A stretch of 25,608 nucleotides of DNA from Candidatus Methylomirabilales bacterium (GCA_046758505.1 JBHIAH010000035.1:1-25608), one strand, 5' to 3'. Positions 1 through 10,486 are shown, counted from the stretch's first letter. The notes: generated by a model not told the origin, from the sequence alone. A program made the numbers and translations.

Positions 1-46
1 AGACCCCATTGTATCCCATCCTCGGTGTGCAGCCTTTTTCATCCTA

Positions 47-616
47 TCAGGCTTGAATATGTGAATGGGCGAGTCTGCGCACGACCTGCGCCAGCTGTTG
101 CGGAAATCCGCGCGCCGTCTCCTTCAGCGCCGTTGCGCGTCGAACCCCGTGGCTGACGGTGGACAGATCCCTGACTCCGAGCCATACCGTAATTTCTCGC
201 AGACTCGCGCGACCGTGGCGACGGGCAACATACATCAACAACTCCCGACCCCGTTGGATCTGCGCATTCCTACTCGGTGATTGCAGGTGCTCGGGCGAAA
301 CTCCCAGCACTTCGCCGACAGCCCGGATCATCTCCCGCATCCCATAGGGACCCGCCGGCGCCTCTGGTTGCCGCTTCGCCCGCCGGCGGGCCTCCTCCAC
401 GAACTCCTCGTCCCCGATGAAGGCCTGCCGCGTGACAGGCAGTCGGGCCAACCGAGTGCCCTCGGCAAGGGCTCCTTCAACGAACGCTCGATACCTGGCC
501 ACGCGCTGCGCCTGCGTCCCCGTCCACTGTCCCAGAATGGTCTCACGCTTGAGTCCCTCTCCTGCGTCCGCCTTCGCGTATGCACGATAACTACTCCACG
601 CGTAGGCTGTATGCAC
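47..616 (-). pseudogene. 5'-truncated RAYT-type (Y1_Tnp) transposase; only the C-terminal half with a DnaA domain IV/TrpR-like HTH remains
   Basis: Begins at AYAWSSY (equivalent to YPWSSH of the neighbouring RAYT), then RYRAFVE..GDEEFV and an HTH-like tail (ASLREITVWLGVRDLSTVSHGVRR). The HUH and catalytic Tyr region is absent, and homology stops next to the inverted repeat at 623. Confidence 0.8.
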
Positions 617-622
617 ACTATG

Positions 623-1656
623 GTGTCAGGCATGTAATATTGACTACTTGATGGGTAAAGACCACCCTTTCGTGGATGGGCCGGCCACTGCGCATCCACG
701 TCCCGGGGGCGTTCTACCACGTCATCAGCCGGGGCAACCAGGGACAGGCGATCTTTAAGTCGGACCATGATCGCCAGACCTGTTTGCGCCTGCTCGCGGA
801 GACCTGGCGCGGGCATGCCTTCCGTCTGTATGCCTTCGTCCTGATGGGCAATCACATCCACCTCGTCTTAGAGGTGGGGGCGAGCCCGCTCGCGAAGATT
901 ATGCAGACACTTCAGTACCGCCACACCCGCTATTTCAACAAGACGTACCAAACGAGGGGCCACCTGTTCCAGGGCCGGTACAAGGCGATCCTATGTGACA
1001 AGGACGCCTACCTCTTGGAGCTGGTGCGGTACGTCCATTTGAATCCCGTGCGCGCTAAGCTCGTGAAGCGACCGGAGCAATACCCTTGGAGCAGCCACGG
1101 GGCCTACCTAGGGCAAGCAGCGTTGGCGTATGTGGAGACCGAGGGCGTGCTCGGTCAGTTTGGAGGGGCACGAGGTGAGGCGGTCAGACGGTACGCAGCC
1201 TATATTCACGAAACACTGGACCAAGGGCATCGGCAAGATTTGTACACGGTGATCGATCAGCGGTTTTTGGGTGGGGAGGAGTTTGTAGCGGCCATGCGGA
1301 TGCCCAACCCTTCCCTTGGCACAGCCCCAATCGTCGAGGTGCCCCTCGGAGAAATCGGCAAGGCTGTCTGCGAGCGACTTGGGCTCGCTAGGACGAGCTT
1401 ACTGCTACGCAGTAAGGAGCGAGAGATTACCTTGGCCAAGCGGCTGACAGCCTTGCTGGCCCTGGAGGTGGCCGGGTATTCCCAGCGGGAGGTAGCTGCC
1501 TATTTAGGGCTGGAGGCCACTTCGCTGTCCAGGGGGCTGGGGGCCCTCCGCGAGCAGATGGCCCGCAATGAGGGACTGAAAAAGCTAGTCGACGACCTGG
1601 GGCGTCACCTTCGCCACGGCCGGAAGCCGAAATGGTCAAAATCACATGCCTGACAC
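623..1656 (+). mobile_element. RAYT-type element bounded by 22-bp imperfect inverted repeats
   Basis: Left GTGTCAGGCATGTAATATTGAC (623-644) and right GTCAAAATCACATGCCTGACAC (1635-1656) are 20/22 complementary. They enclose exactly one transposase ORF, whose stop codon lies inside the right repeat. Confidence 0.8.
676..1653 (+). CDS. REP-associated tyrosine transposase (RAYT, Y1_Tnp/IS200-like HUH fold) with C-terminal HTH
   Basis: Motifs MGRPLR..YHVISRGN, LMGNHIHL (HUH), GHLFQGRYKA and YVHLNPVRAKLV..YPWSS; C-terminal helical domain SQREVAAYLGLEATSLSRG. Confidence 0.93.
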   Translation: MGRPLRIHVPGAFYHVISRGNQGQAIFKSDHDRQTCLRLLAETWRGHAFRLYAFVLMGNHIHLVLEVGASPLAKIMQTLQYRHTRYFNKTYQTRGHLFQGRYKAILCDKDAYLLELVRYVHLNPVRAKLVKRPEQYPWSSHGAYLGQAALAYVETEGVLGQFGGARGEAVRRYAAYIHETLDQGHRQDLYTVIDQRFLGGEEFVAAMRMPNPSLGTAPIVEVPLGEIGKAVCERLGLARTSLLLRSKEREITLAKRLTALLALEVAGYSQREVAAYLGLEATSLSRGLGALREQMARNEGLKKLVDDLGRHLRHGRKPKWSKSHA

Positions 1657-1692
1657 TGAGACTTATTCGAGGAAGGTTGCCTCAGGCTCCCC

Positions 1693-2307
1693 TCAATTCC
1701 ACGTGGCCCCGACCTGCGGGAAAAGCCAGCGGGATCGCGCCGTCGTTTGCCACGCACACTCCGGCGAGCTGGGTGCGGCCGTACCCGTGAATTGGAGAAT
1801 CGCGGCCTGGCCCGGGCGTCTACGGTGCCCCGGAGTCCGCATGACGCCCTTCTCGGCCAGGCGCAAAACCGGCCTGCCGTCAGCCATCACATCGAGCGAA
1901 GCCCGGTGGACGCGGTTCTTATCGAAAAGGCGCAGGCCCGAGTCGCCGTCCGCCCGCGCCGTCAGGATAGATCGGGTCTTCCCGTTCCTATCCAACAGAC
2001 TCACCCTCCGGGGTCCGTTGGGCAGCACGCTCAGGGCCACACCCGGCATCTCGTCTTCGTCGTTGAGCAACAGCACCGACGCCCCATTGATGAAGCCTAA
2101 CTCTGCCCGACCTTTTCCATTCGCATCCCGAAGGACGAACCGTTCCGCCTCGAGCACCTTGCGAACCCTGTGACGCGGGGCGTGGCCCAATACCAGCGCG
2201 GCGCCGATCACGCCTAACGTGACGGTCGCGATCCATTGCCACCGCCGGGTCTCCCGCTCCATCCGGTTCAGCCGCCGCACCAGGGCTTCCATCGTGGGCT
2301 CGTCCAT
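1693..2307 (-). CDS. Hypothetical membrane-anchored protein with short beta-strand repeats (L.L.D..G..R..L)
   Basis: AGGAGG RBS upstream of the ATG; N-terminal coiled segment (RRLNRMERE), one hydrophobic helix, then EAERFVLRDANGKGRAEL and about four similar ~22-aa repeats. The last ~45 aa look atypical. Confidence 0.75.
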   Translation of the reverse strand: MDEPTMEALVRRLNRMERETRRWQWIATVTLGVIGAALVLGHAPRHRVRKVLEAERFVLRDANGKGRAELGFINGASVLLLNDEDEMPGVALSVLPNGPRRVSLLDRNGKTRSILTARADGDSGLRLFDKNRVHRASLDVMADGRPVLRLAEKGVMRTPGHRRRPGQAAILQFTGTAAPSSPECAWQTTARSRWLFPQVGATWN

Positions 2308-2480
2308 TGCGTCCTCCTGTATTAATTGATCCGTCCGTTATCTTTCGGTTGGTGGTTCCGCAACGCACCGTCTCGACCCCGACACGTATCTGACGGCACC
2401 TTCGTCGGCCCCGACGCTCACAGATGAGCGTTCGACAAAGAGCCAAAAAGACGAACTATGTTTTATAAACACTACCCCCT

Positions 2481-2510
2481 AAGATAAATCCCGCGATAAT
2501 GGCTTGTCAA
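2481..2510 (-). promoter_or_regulatory. Putative sigma70 promoter for the 1693-2307 gene
   Basis: Minus strand TTGACA-N18-TATCTT in an AT-rich patch. Confidence 0.5.
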
Positions 2511-2684
2511 TATGCAGTTTTTGCACACATGCATGGGGGAGTGGCGACACGGGCCGGAGAGGGAAGAAACAAGAGGATAAAGCCATTAGCCCCCTACGTT
2601 TCGCATAAATAAAACGGCAGTTTATCAATCTTGGCTGGTACGGGTGCCGGGGTCAAGGCTTATAGACGGGGGGCTATCGAGCGG

Positions 2685-2738
2685 GGTCGAGCGGGGGTCA
2701 GACATTGGTAAGGTCGAGCGGGGGTCAGACATTGGTAA
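2685..2738. repeat. Perfect 27-bp tandem duplication GGTCGAGCGGGGGTCAGACATTGGTAA x2
   Basis: Copies at 2685-2711 and 2712-2738, plus a partial TCGAGCGGGG at 2677-2686. Confidence 0.95.
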
Positions 2739-3063
2739 TTTTATATTCGCCTGCCCCGCTACACGGTCGGGGCGGTCCCCCTGTGCACGGATCACCTGCC
2801 TGCTGCCCTTGCGGGGTCTCGATCCGGCCGGTTAGGGGTGGCCGGGTCTACGTCGGGCGGTGCGCGGTCGGCATGGTGCGCTTCCTGGCCCGCGGTGAGC
2901 GACTGGCAGGCAAGCGGATTACCTCGGGCGCCACGTTCGCCACGGAAGGCGATCCAAGTTACCAAAAACACATGCCGGACACATATCTTCTACGAAAGCC
3001 TAGGGTCCCTTTCTGCCCGGGCCCACCCGGGAGACCAATATAAATATACAAATGTCTGACCCC
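2721..3063. mobile_element. MITE/REPIN-like non-autonomous element with 27-bp inverted ends
   Basis: GGGGTCAGACATTGGTAATTTTATATT (2721-2747) and AATATAAATATACAAATGTCTGACCCC (3037-3063) are 24/27 complementary; no credible internal gene. Confidence 0.7.
2961..2982. repeat. Third, degenerate copy of the RAYT right-end repeat
   Basis: ACCAAAAACACATGCCGGACAC is 18/22 identical to 1635-1656, in the same orientation. Confidence 0.65.
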
Positions 3064-3199
3064 AGATTGTGACCCCAGATTGGGGTTTTGAGGTTGTGGG
3101 CGGTTTCGGCTTTGGGGGGCGCGGAGGGGCCTTGGCGCCACAGGCCGAAAGGAAGCACAGGGCGACGAGAAGGAAAATGAACCGCGGGAGGAGCCTCAT
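2990..3199 (-). CDS. Small lipoprotein (CGxKxPP type, LPAM_2/LptM-like N-terminus); C-terminus runs into the repeat element and may be disrupted
   Basis: ATGA overlap with the argH stop; signal peptide with lipobox LSA-C20 followed by GAKAPPRPP. From about residue 40 it is encoded by the repeat at 3082-3037. Confidence 0.65.
   Translation of the reverse strand: MRLLPRFIFLLVALCFLSACGAKAPPRPPKPKPPTTSKPQSGVTIWGQTFVYLYWSPGWARAERDPRLS
3057..3082. repeat. 13-bp tandem duplication TGACCCCAGATTG x2
   Basis: Copies at 3057-3069 and 3070-3082. Confidence 0.9.
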
Positions 3200-4596
3200 G
3201 GTTTTGCCGCGGCTTTTTTGAGCTCCGCCCGGGCCGCCTGAATCGCCTTGCGGACCTGCCCCGGGGCCGTCCCCCCCACAACCCCCCGTCGACCGAGCGA
3301 CGCGTCGAGCGTGATATACCCGAAGAAGCCCTCGTCGAAGAGGGGGGAGTAGCGCGCAAGCTCCTCCAGCGCGAGCTGGTCGAGTCGCTTGTGCTGCTCC
3401 AGGCAGTACCGGACGAGGTGCCCGACGACCTCATGCGCCTGGCGAAAGGGAAGCCCCTTGCCCACCAGGTAGTCCGCGGCATCGGTGGCATTCAGGCATC
3501 CCTCCTCCGTCGCCTGGCGCATGCGGTCCGCATTGACCCGGAGGCCTCGAACCAACGGGGCAAGGACCTGCAGGGTGCCACGGAGCGTGTCCACGGCATC
3601 AAAGACCGGCTCCTTGTCTTCCTGGAGATCCCTGTTGTAACTCAACGGGAGCCCCTTGATGGTGGTCAGTAGGGAAACGAGATCGCCGAAGACGCGCCCC
3701 GCCTTGCCGCGGGCCAACTCGGCGACGTCCGGGTTTTTTTTCTGGGGCATCAGGCTCGAGCCGGTGGCAAAGGCTTCGGGGAGATCGACAAAGGCGAACT
3801 CTGCCGAGGCCCAGAGCACGATTTCGTCACTCAGGCGCGAGCAATGGGTCATGGTAATGCTCGCCCCCGCCAGAAACTCCAGGGCGAAGTCCCGATCCGA
3901 CACGGCATCGACGCTGTTTCGAGATACCTCGGCAAACCCCAGATCCTGCGCAAGGGCCTCCCGGTCGATCGAATAGGCAGTCCCCGCCAACGCCCCCGAG
4001 CCCAGCGGCATCACGTTGATGCGCGCAAGACAATCCTGCAATCGCGCCGCATCCCGACGGAGCATCTCGACATAGGCCAACAGGTGATGCGCCCAGAGGA
4101 TCGGCTGGGCCCGCTGGAGGTGCGTGTAGCCCGGAAGGACCACGTCGAGGTTCGCCTCGGCCTGATCGAGCAGGGCCCCCTGGAGGTCGCGGATCTCACC
4201 CACGATCTCGGCGATCTCGCCCCTGAGATAGAGCCGCAGATCTAGCGCGACCTGCTCGTTCCGGCTCCGCCCGGTGTGGAGCTTGCCGCCCACCTCGCCG
4301 ATCCTTGCGATCAGCCGTCCCTCGACATACATATGGATATCTTCGTGGGCGGGATCGGGGTCCAGCCGCCCTTCGTCCAGCTCTTTCTCGATCGCTTCGA
4401 GGCCGTGAATAATCCGGTCCCCCTCGACTTCCGTGAGCACGCCGGCCTTCACCAGCGCCCGGGCGTACGCGATGGACCCTTGGACATCGTACGGGTACAG
4501 ACGCCAGTCGAAAAGGATCGAGGCGGTGTACTCCTCGGCCCGTCGGTCCGTGGGCCCTGCAAATCGGCCCCCCCACGCCTTTTTGGGTTTGCCCAT
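3196..4596 (-). CDS. argH: Argininosuccinate lyase
   Basis: WGGRF, HTGRSRNEQ, PGYTHLQRAQP, GSSLMPQKKNPD signature. Confidence 0.98.
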   Translation of the reverse strand: MGKPKKAWGGRFAGPTDRRAEEYTASILFDWRLYPYDVQGSIAYARALVKAGVLTEVEGDRIIHGLEAIEKELDEGRLDPDPAHEDIHMYVEGRLIARIGEVGGKLHTGRSRNEQVALDLRLYLRGEIAEIVGEIRDLQGALLDQAEANLDVVLPGYTHLQRAQPILWAHHLLAYVEMLRRDAARLQDCLARINVMPLGSGALAGTAYSIDREALAQDLGFAEVSRNSVDAVSDRDFALEFLAGASITMTHCSRLSDEIVLWASAEFAFVDLPEAFATGSSLMPQKKNPDVAELARGKAGRVFGDLVSLLTTIKGLPLSYNRDLQEDKEPVFDAVDTLRGTLQVLAPLVRGLRVNADRMRQATEEGCLNATDAADYLVGKGLPFRQAHEVVGHLVRYCLEQHKRLDQLALEELARYSPLFDEGFFGYITLDASLGRRGVVGGTAPGQVRKAIQAARAELKKAAAKP

Positions 4597-4598
4597 CT

Positions 4599-5813
4599 TT
4601 ACTGCTCGCGCTGCTGTTGCTGTATGGCCCTGAGACGTAATCGCAGGGCGTTGAGCCGGATGAACCCCTCGGCGTCCCTTGGGCGATACACCCGATCCGC
4701 CTCGAAGGTGGCCATGGCGGGGTCGTAGAGAGAGGTCGGGGACTTTCGCCCCACCACGACACAGTTGCCCTTGAACAGCTTGAGACGCGCGGTCCCGCTG
4801 ACGGTCCTCTGGGTCTCCTCGATCGTTCGCCTGAGGACCTCCATCTCGGGAGCGTACCAGTACCCGTAATACACCATCTCGGCAAAGCGGGGAACGAGCG
4901 TATCCCGGAGATGCATGACCTCCCGGTCCATCGTGACGGACTCCACCGCCCGATGGGCGATCTGCAGGATGGTCCCGCCGGGCGTTTCGTAGACCCCCCG
5001 GGACTTCATCCCCACGTACCGGTTCTCGACGAGATCCACGCGTCCCACGCCGTTCGTGCCGCCGACTGCATTCAGCCTGGCGAGCAGGTGCGCCGGCGAC
5101 AGCACGTGGCCGTCCACGGCCACCGGGAGCCCCTCGCTGAACTCGGCCTCGACATACGTCGGATCATCAGGGGCCTTCTCGGGAGCAACGGTGAGGGTGA
5201 ACATCTCCTCGGGCGGCTCTCGCCAGGGATCCTCAAGCACACCCCCCTCGAAGCTGATGTGGAAGAGATTCCGATCCGTCGAGTACGGTTTGTCCGGGGT
5301 CACGGGGACCGCAATCCCGTGCCGCTTCGCATAGGCGACGAGGTCGGAGCGGGAGGTGAAATCCCACTCCCGCCACGGGGCGATGATCGTGATCGCCGGA
5401 TCGAGCGCCAGGTAGCTGAGCTCGAAGCGCACCTGGTCGTTTCCCTTTCCCGTGGCCCCATGGGCAACCGCGTCGGCCTTTTCCCGCCGGGCGATCTCGA
5501 CCTGCCTCTTCGCGATCAGCGGGCGTGCCATCGAAGTGCCAAGGAGATATCCCCCCTCATACACCGCATTGGCCTTGAGGCACGGAAAGACAAAATCCCG
5601 AACAAACTCTTCTTTGAGATCTTCGACAATCACCTTGCTGGCCCCCGTCTTCAGGGCCCTTGCCTTCACGTCATCGAGCTCCTCCCCCTGCCCCAGATCC
5701 GCGCAGTAGGCGATGACCTCGCACCCGTAAGTCTCAATCAGCCAGTGCAGGATCACCGACGTATCCAGCCCCCCGCTGTACGCCAACACCACCTTGTTGA
5801 TCTTCGCTGCCAC
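4599..5813 (-). CDS. argG: Argininosuccinate synthase (GTG start at 5813 preferred; ATG at 5873 possible)
   Basis: [42 protein letters not shown]. Confidence 0.97.
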   Translation of the reverse strand: MAAKINKVVLAYSGGLDTSVILHWLIETYGCEVIAYCADLGQGEELDDVKARALKTGASKVIVEDLKEEFVRDFVFPCLKANAVYEGGYLLGTSMARPLIAKRQVEIARREKADAVAHGATGKGNDQVRFELSYLALDPAITIIAPWREWDFTSRSDLVAYAKRHGIAVPVTPDKPYSTDRNLFHISFEGGVLEDPWREPPEEMFTLTVAPEKAPDDPTYVEAEFSEGLPVAVDGHVLSPAHLLARLNAVGGTNGVGRVDLVENRYVGMKSRGVYETPGGTILQIAHRAVESVTMDREVMHLRDTLVPRFAEMVYYGYWYAPEMEVLRRTIEETQRTVSGTARLKLFKGNCVVVGRKSPTSLYDPAMATFEADRVYRPRDAEGFIRLNALRLRLRAIQQQQREQ

Positions 5814-5862
5814 GCTCTCGCCCCGTTCGGTTGCGAACCCGGGAAATGCGCGCCTCAAGGCA

Positions 5863-6788
<926 letters not shown>

Positions 6789-6792
<4 letters not shown>

Positions 6793-7988
6793 CCCGTCAC
6801 CTCCTGGAGAACCGTGTCCAGGATGCCGACGGCCCGTGTCACCTCTTCCTCGCTGACGATGAGGGGTGGCGCGAACCGGATCACATGCTCGCCCGCGCTG
6901 CTCACCAGGAGCCCTTGTTCGAGACACCCCGTGAGGACCGGTCTCACCTCCCGGTCGAGTTCCATCCCCATGAGCAATCCCCTCCCCCGGATCACCTGCA
7001 CCGGGTGATGGGCCTCCTGGAGAGCGCGAAGCGCACTGCGGAGTCGTTCCCCCATCTCGGCTGCCCGGGACACCAGGTCCTGCTCGATGATCGTCGTGAG
7101 GCTGGCCAAGGCAGCCGCAGTGACGAATGGGCTCCCCCCAAACGTGGCGGCGTGCGTCCCCGGGGTAAAACTCGCCGCCACCCGTTCCGTGGCCAGCATG
7201 GCCCCGATGGGCAGGCCCCCGCCAAGGGCCTTTGCGAGTGTCATGATGTCTGGCTCGACCCCCCAGTGTTCGTACGCAAAGAGCTTGCCGGTCCGGCCAA
7301 TTCCGGTCTGCACCTCGTCGAAGATCAGGAGGGCGCCCGTGTCATCGCACAGCTTTCGAAGTCCCGGGAGATAGCCATCCGAGGGGACACGGACCCCGCC
7401 CTCTCCCTGAATCGGCTCCACTAGGACGGCCGCGGTCCGGGGACCGAGGGCCCGCTCCACCGCACCGAGATCATCGAAGGGGACATACCGGAAGCCGGGG
7501 AGGAGGGGCTCGAAGCCTTTCTGATACTTGGCCTGAGCGGTGGCGGTCACGGTGGCTAATGTCCGACCGTGGAAGCCGCGCTCCATCGTGATAATTTCGA
7601 CCCGCTCTGAGCTGTCATGCTCTTTGGCATACTTCCGGCCGAGCTTGATGGCTGCCTCGTTCGCCTCGGCGCCACTGTTACAGAAGAAGACCCGGTCGGC
7701 GAAGGAGTGCTGGCACAAAATCTCGGCCAGTCGGATCTGAGGTCCGATGTAATACAGGTTACTCACATGCAGGAGCTTTGCCGCCTGATCCCGGATGGCC
7801 TGAACGATGGCCGGATGGCAATGGCCCAGGGCGCAGACGGCAATACCGGCCACGAAGTCGAGATACGCCTTCCCCTCCACATCCCAGACCCGGCACCCCT
7901 CGCCTCTCTCGAGCACGACCGGGAACCTAGCATAGGTATTGGCCAGAGAGCGTCCCGCCCTGGCCATCCATTTTTCCGTCTCGGTCAT
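6789..7988 (-). CDS. argD: Acetylornithine aminotransferase
   Basis: NSGAEANE, FHGRT, EPIQGEGG, DEVQTG, TLAKALGGG (PLP lysine); arg operon context. Confidence 0.96.
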
Positions 7989-8000
7989 CTACTCTCCTAT

Positions 8001-8113
8001 AGCTGTCAGCACCTATGAACTAGCAGTCAGCTGTCCGCTAACCGCAATCAGCAAAAAAAGTCGAAGAGGGGATTTTTCCGATGCTGACGGCTGATCGCTG
8101 ATCACTGACTGCT
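8001..8113. repeat. Heptamer array with inverted arms, (CAGCNRT)n...(AYNGCTG)n
   Basis: Left arm 8022-8052, right arm 8083-8113, 30-bp spacer. Confidence 0.8.
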
Positions 8114-8128
8114 CGCCCCATAGGGCGG

Positions 8129-9004
8129 CTAGGCACAGACCTCTGTCCCGACCCCTTCGGCGGTAAAGAGCTCCAAGAGCAGGGCATGGGGGATCGTGCC
8201 ATTGATGATGTGGGTCTTCCGAACCCCGCCTTCTAAGGCCCGAAGACAGGCCTTCACTTTGGGGATCATCCCCCGGGAGATAACCTGCGCCTCGACGAGC
8301 TTCTCGACCTCGCCTCGACCCAGCGTGGAGAGCAGGCGTCCCACCTGGTCCAGAATCCCGTCCATGTCGGTGAGGAAGATCAGCTTCTCCGCCCCGAGGG
8401 CCGCCGCGATCTCTCCAGCGGCCAGATCGGCGTTGATGTTATACGTAATTCCCTCATCGTCGACGCCGGTCGGGGCAATGACCGGGATGAAGCCCGTCTC
8501 CTCGAGGGACCGCACCACCCGTGGGTCCACGGCGACCACTTCCCCCACCAGGCCGAGGTCCACCAGTTCGGTATCAACCCCCTTCCCCTTCCTGTGCTCG
8601 GCCTTCCGGGCCCTGATAAAGTTTCCATCCTTTCCGGAGAGTCCCACCGCCCTCCCCCCATTCCGGTTAACCAGGCCCACGATGTCCTGATTAATGCTCC
8701 CCACCATGACGGTCTCCACGATACGCATGGTCTCGGGATCGGTCACCCGGAGCCCGTCGATGAAGGTCGGGGTCAGCCCGGCCTTCGTCATCGCCTCCCC
8801 GATCTGGGGACCACCACCGTGGATGATCACCGGCCGCATCCCGACGAAGCGCATCAGGACGATGTCCTGCGCCACCTCCGCCTTCAGCTTCTCCTCCACC
8901 ATCGCGGCCCCGCCATACTTGACGACGATCGTCTTGCCGGAGAAGGTCCGGATGTAGGGGAGGGCCTCGACGAGGATCTGGGCCTTGGCGATAGCCGATT
9001 CCAT
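8129..9004 (-). CDS. argB: Acetylglutamate kinase
   Basis: VVKYGGAAM, HGGGPQI, GLRVTD, YNINAD, GMIPKV; ATG at 9004 has a GGGGGAG RBS. Confidence 0.97.
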   Translation of the reverse strand: MESAIAKAQILVEALPYIRTFSGKTIVVKYGGAAMVEEKLKAEVAQDIVLMRFVGMRPVIIHGGGPQIGEAMTKAGLTPTFIDGLRVTDPETMRIVETVMVGSINQDIVGLVNRNGGRAVGLSGKDGNFIRARKAEHRKGKGVDTELVDLGLVGEVVAVDPRVVRSLEETGFIPVIAPTGVDDEGITYNINADLAAGEIAAALGAEKLIFLTDMDGILDQVGRLLSTLGRGEVEKLVEAQVISRGMIPKVKACLRALEGGVRKTHIINGTIPHALLLELFTAEGVGTEVCA

Positions 9005-9032
9005 CCGAAACTCCCCCACCGTCGTTCTCCAA

Positions 9033-9141
9033 AGCGGTCAGCTATCAGCCGTCAGCCGAGAAATCTTCCAGCCGATGGCTACCTGCTGATAGCGGACAGC
9101 TGGTTCTTTTGCTGACTGCCGACTGCTGACAGCTGGCAGCT
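9033..9141. repeat. Heptamer array with inverted arms (CAGCNRT family)
   Basis: AGCGGTCAGCTATCAGCCGTCAGC (9033-9056), then complementary-type blocks at 9071-9102 and 9111-9141. Confidence 0.8.
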
Positions 9142-9145
9142 TGAA

Positions 9146-10486
9146 TCACAGGATGTAGCGACTCAGATCCTCATCCCGGATGATGTCCTGGAGCTTCTCC
9201 CGCACGTAGGCGGCATTCGTCTCCACCTTGACCCCCTCCATGTTTGGGGCCTCAAACGAGACGTCCTCAAGGAGTCGCTCCATGATGGTATAGAGCCGCC
9301 GCGCGCCGATGTTCTCGGTGGCATGGTTGACCGCGGTGGCGATATTGGCGATCTCCTCGACGGCATCAGGCGTGAAGCTGAGATCCACCCCCTCGGTGGC
9401 CAGGAGGGCGATATACTGCTTGATGAGCGCATTCTGGGGCTCGGTCAGGATCCGGACAAAGTCCTCGCGGGTGAGACTGTTCAGTTCCACCCGGAGGGGG
9501 AAGCGCCCCTGCATCTCGGGGATCAGATCCGCCGGCTTCGACACATGGAAGGCCCCGGCCGCGATAAAGAGGATGTGGTCGGTCCGGACCATCCCGTGCT
9601 TCGTACTGACCGTCGAGCCCTCGACGATCGGGAGGAGGTCCCGCTGCACCCCCTCACGGGACACGTCGGGACCATACCCCGACTCCCGGCCCGCGATCTT
9701 GTCGATCTCGTCCAAGAAGACAATCCCGGAGTTCTCTGCGCGCCGAATCGCCTCGGCAACCACCTCATCCATGTCGATTAGTTTCTGGGCCTCTTCCTGG
9801 GCCAAAATCCGTCGCGCCTCCTTGACCTTCATCTTCCGCCGCTTCATCCGCTGGGGCAGCAGGTTGTCCAGCATCTCCCGTAGCTGATCCATCCCCTCCA
9901 CCCCCGCCCCGGGGAGGACTTCGATCATCGGGAGTGCCCGGTCCCGGACCTCGACCTCGACAATCCGGTCATCCAGCTTCCCCTCCTGCAGCATTGTCCG
10001 AAACTTCTCTCGCGTGTCGTGCGGGGCAGTCTCGGTCGCCTCGAACCCCATCGGCGCCGGTCCGATTCTACTCGAAGGGACCAGGAGATCGAGGAGCCGG
10101 TCCTCCGCCAATTCGGCCGCCCGCTCAGCCACCGCCGCCGTCCGCTCCCCCTTCACCATGTTGACGGCGATGTCGGTCAGATCCCGGATGATCGAGTCCA
10201 CGTCCCGCCCCACATAGCCCACTTCGGTGAACTTGGACGCCTCCACCTTCAGGAAGGGGGCCTCGGCCAACTTGGCCAGCCGCCGGGCAATCTCGGTCTT
10301 GCCGACGCCGGTGGGACCGATCATGATGATGTTTTTCGGCGCCACCTCGTCCCGAAGGTCGGGAGAAAGCCGCTGCCGCCGCCACCGATTCCGAACGGCA
10401 ATGGCGACCGCCTTCTTGGCCGCCTGCTGGCCAATGACGTACTTGTCCAGCTCGGCTACAATCTGTCTCGGCGTCAAGCGGTCCAT
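9146..10486 (-). CDS. hslU: ATP-dependent protease ATPase subunit HslU
   Basis: [23 protein letters not shown] pore loop, [14 protein letters not shown]-terminal DLSRYIL. Confidence 0.98.
   Translation of the reverse strand: MDRLTPRQIVAELDKYVIGQQAAKKAVAIAVRNRWRRQRLSPDLRDEVAPKNIIMIGPTGVGKTEIARRLAKLAEAPFLKVEASKFTEVGYVGRDVDSIIRDLTDIAVNMVKGERTAAVAERAAELAEDRLLDLLVPSSRIGPAPMGFEATETAPHDTREKFRTMLQEGKLDDRIVEVEVRDRALPMIEVLPGAGVEGMDQLREMLDNLLPQRMKRRKMKVKEARRILAQEEAQKLIDMDEVVAEAIRRAENSGIVFLDEIDKIAGRESGYGPDVSREGVQRDLLPIVEGSTVSTKHGMVRTDHILFIAAGAFHVSKPADLIPEMQGRFPLRVELNSLTREDFVRILTEPQNALIKQYIALLATEGVDLSFTPDAVEEIANIATAVNHATENIGARRLYTIMERLLEDVSFEAPNMEGVKVETNAAYVREKLQDIIRDEDLSRYIL

Noticed and set aside
1..21. 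AGACCCC at the window edge as another GGGGTC-type element end
   Set aside because: Too short and truncated by the window boundary to support.
2781..2793. 13-mer CTGTGCACGGATC shared with 11465-11477
   Set aside because: A single 13-bp match is expected by chance in 25 kb, and the flanks do not align.
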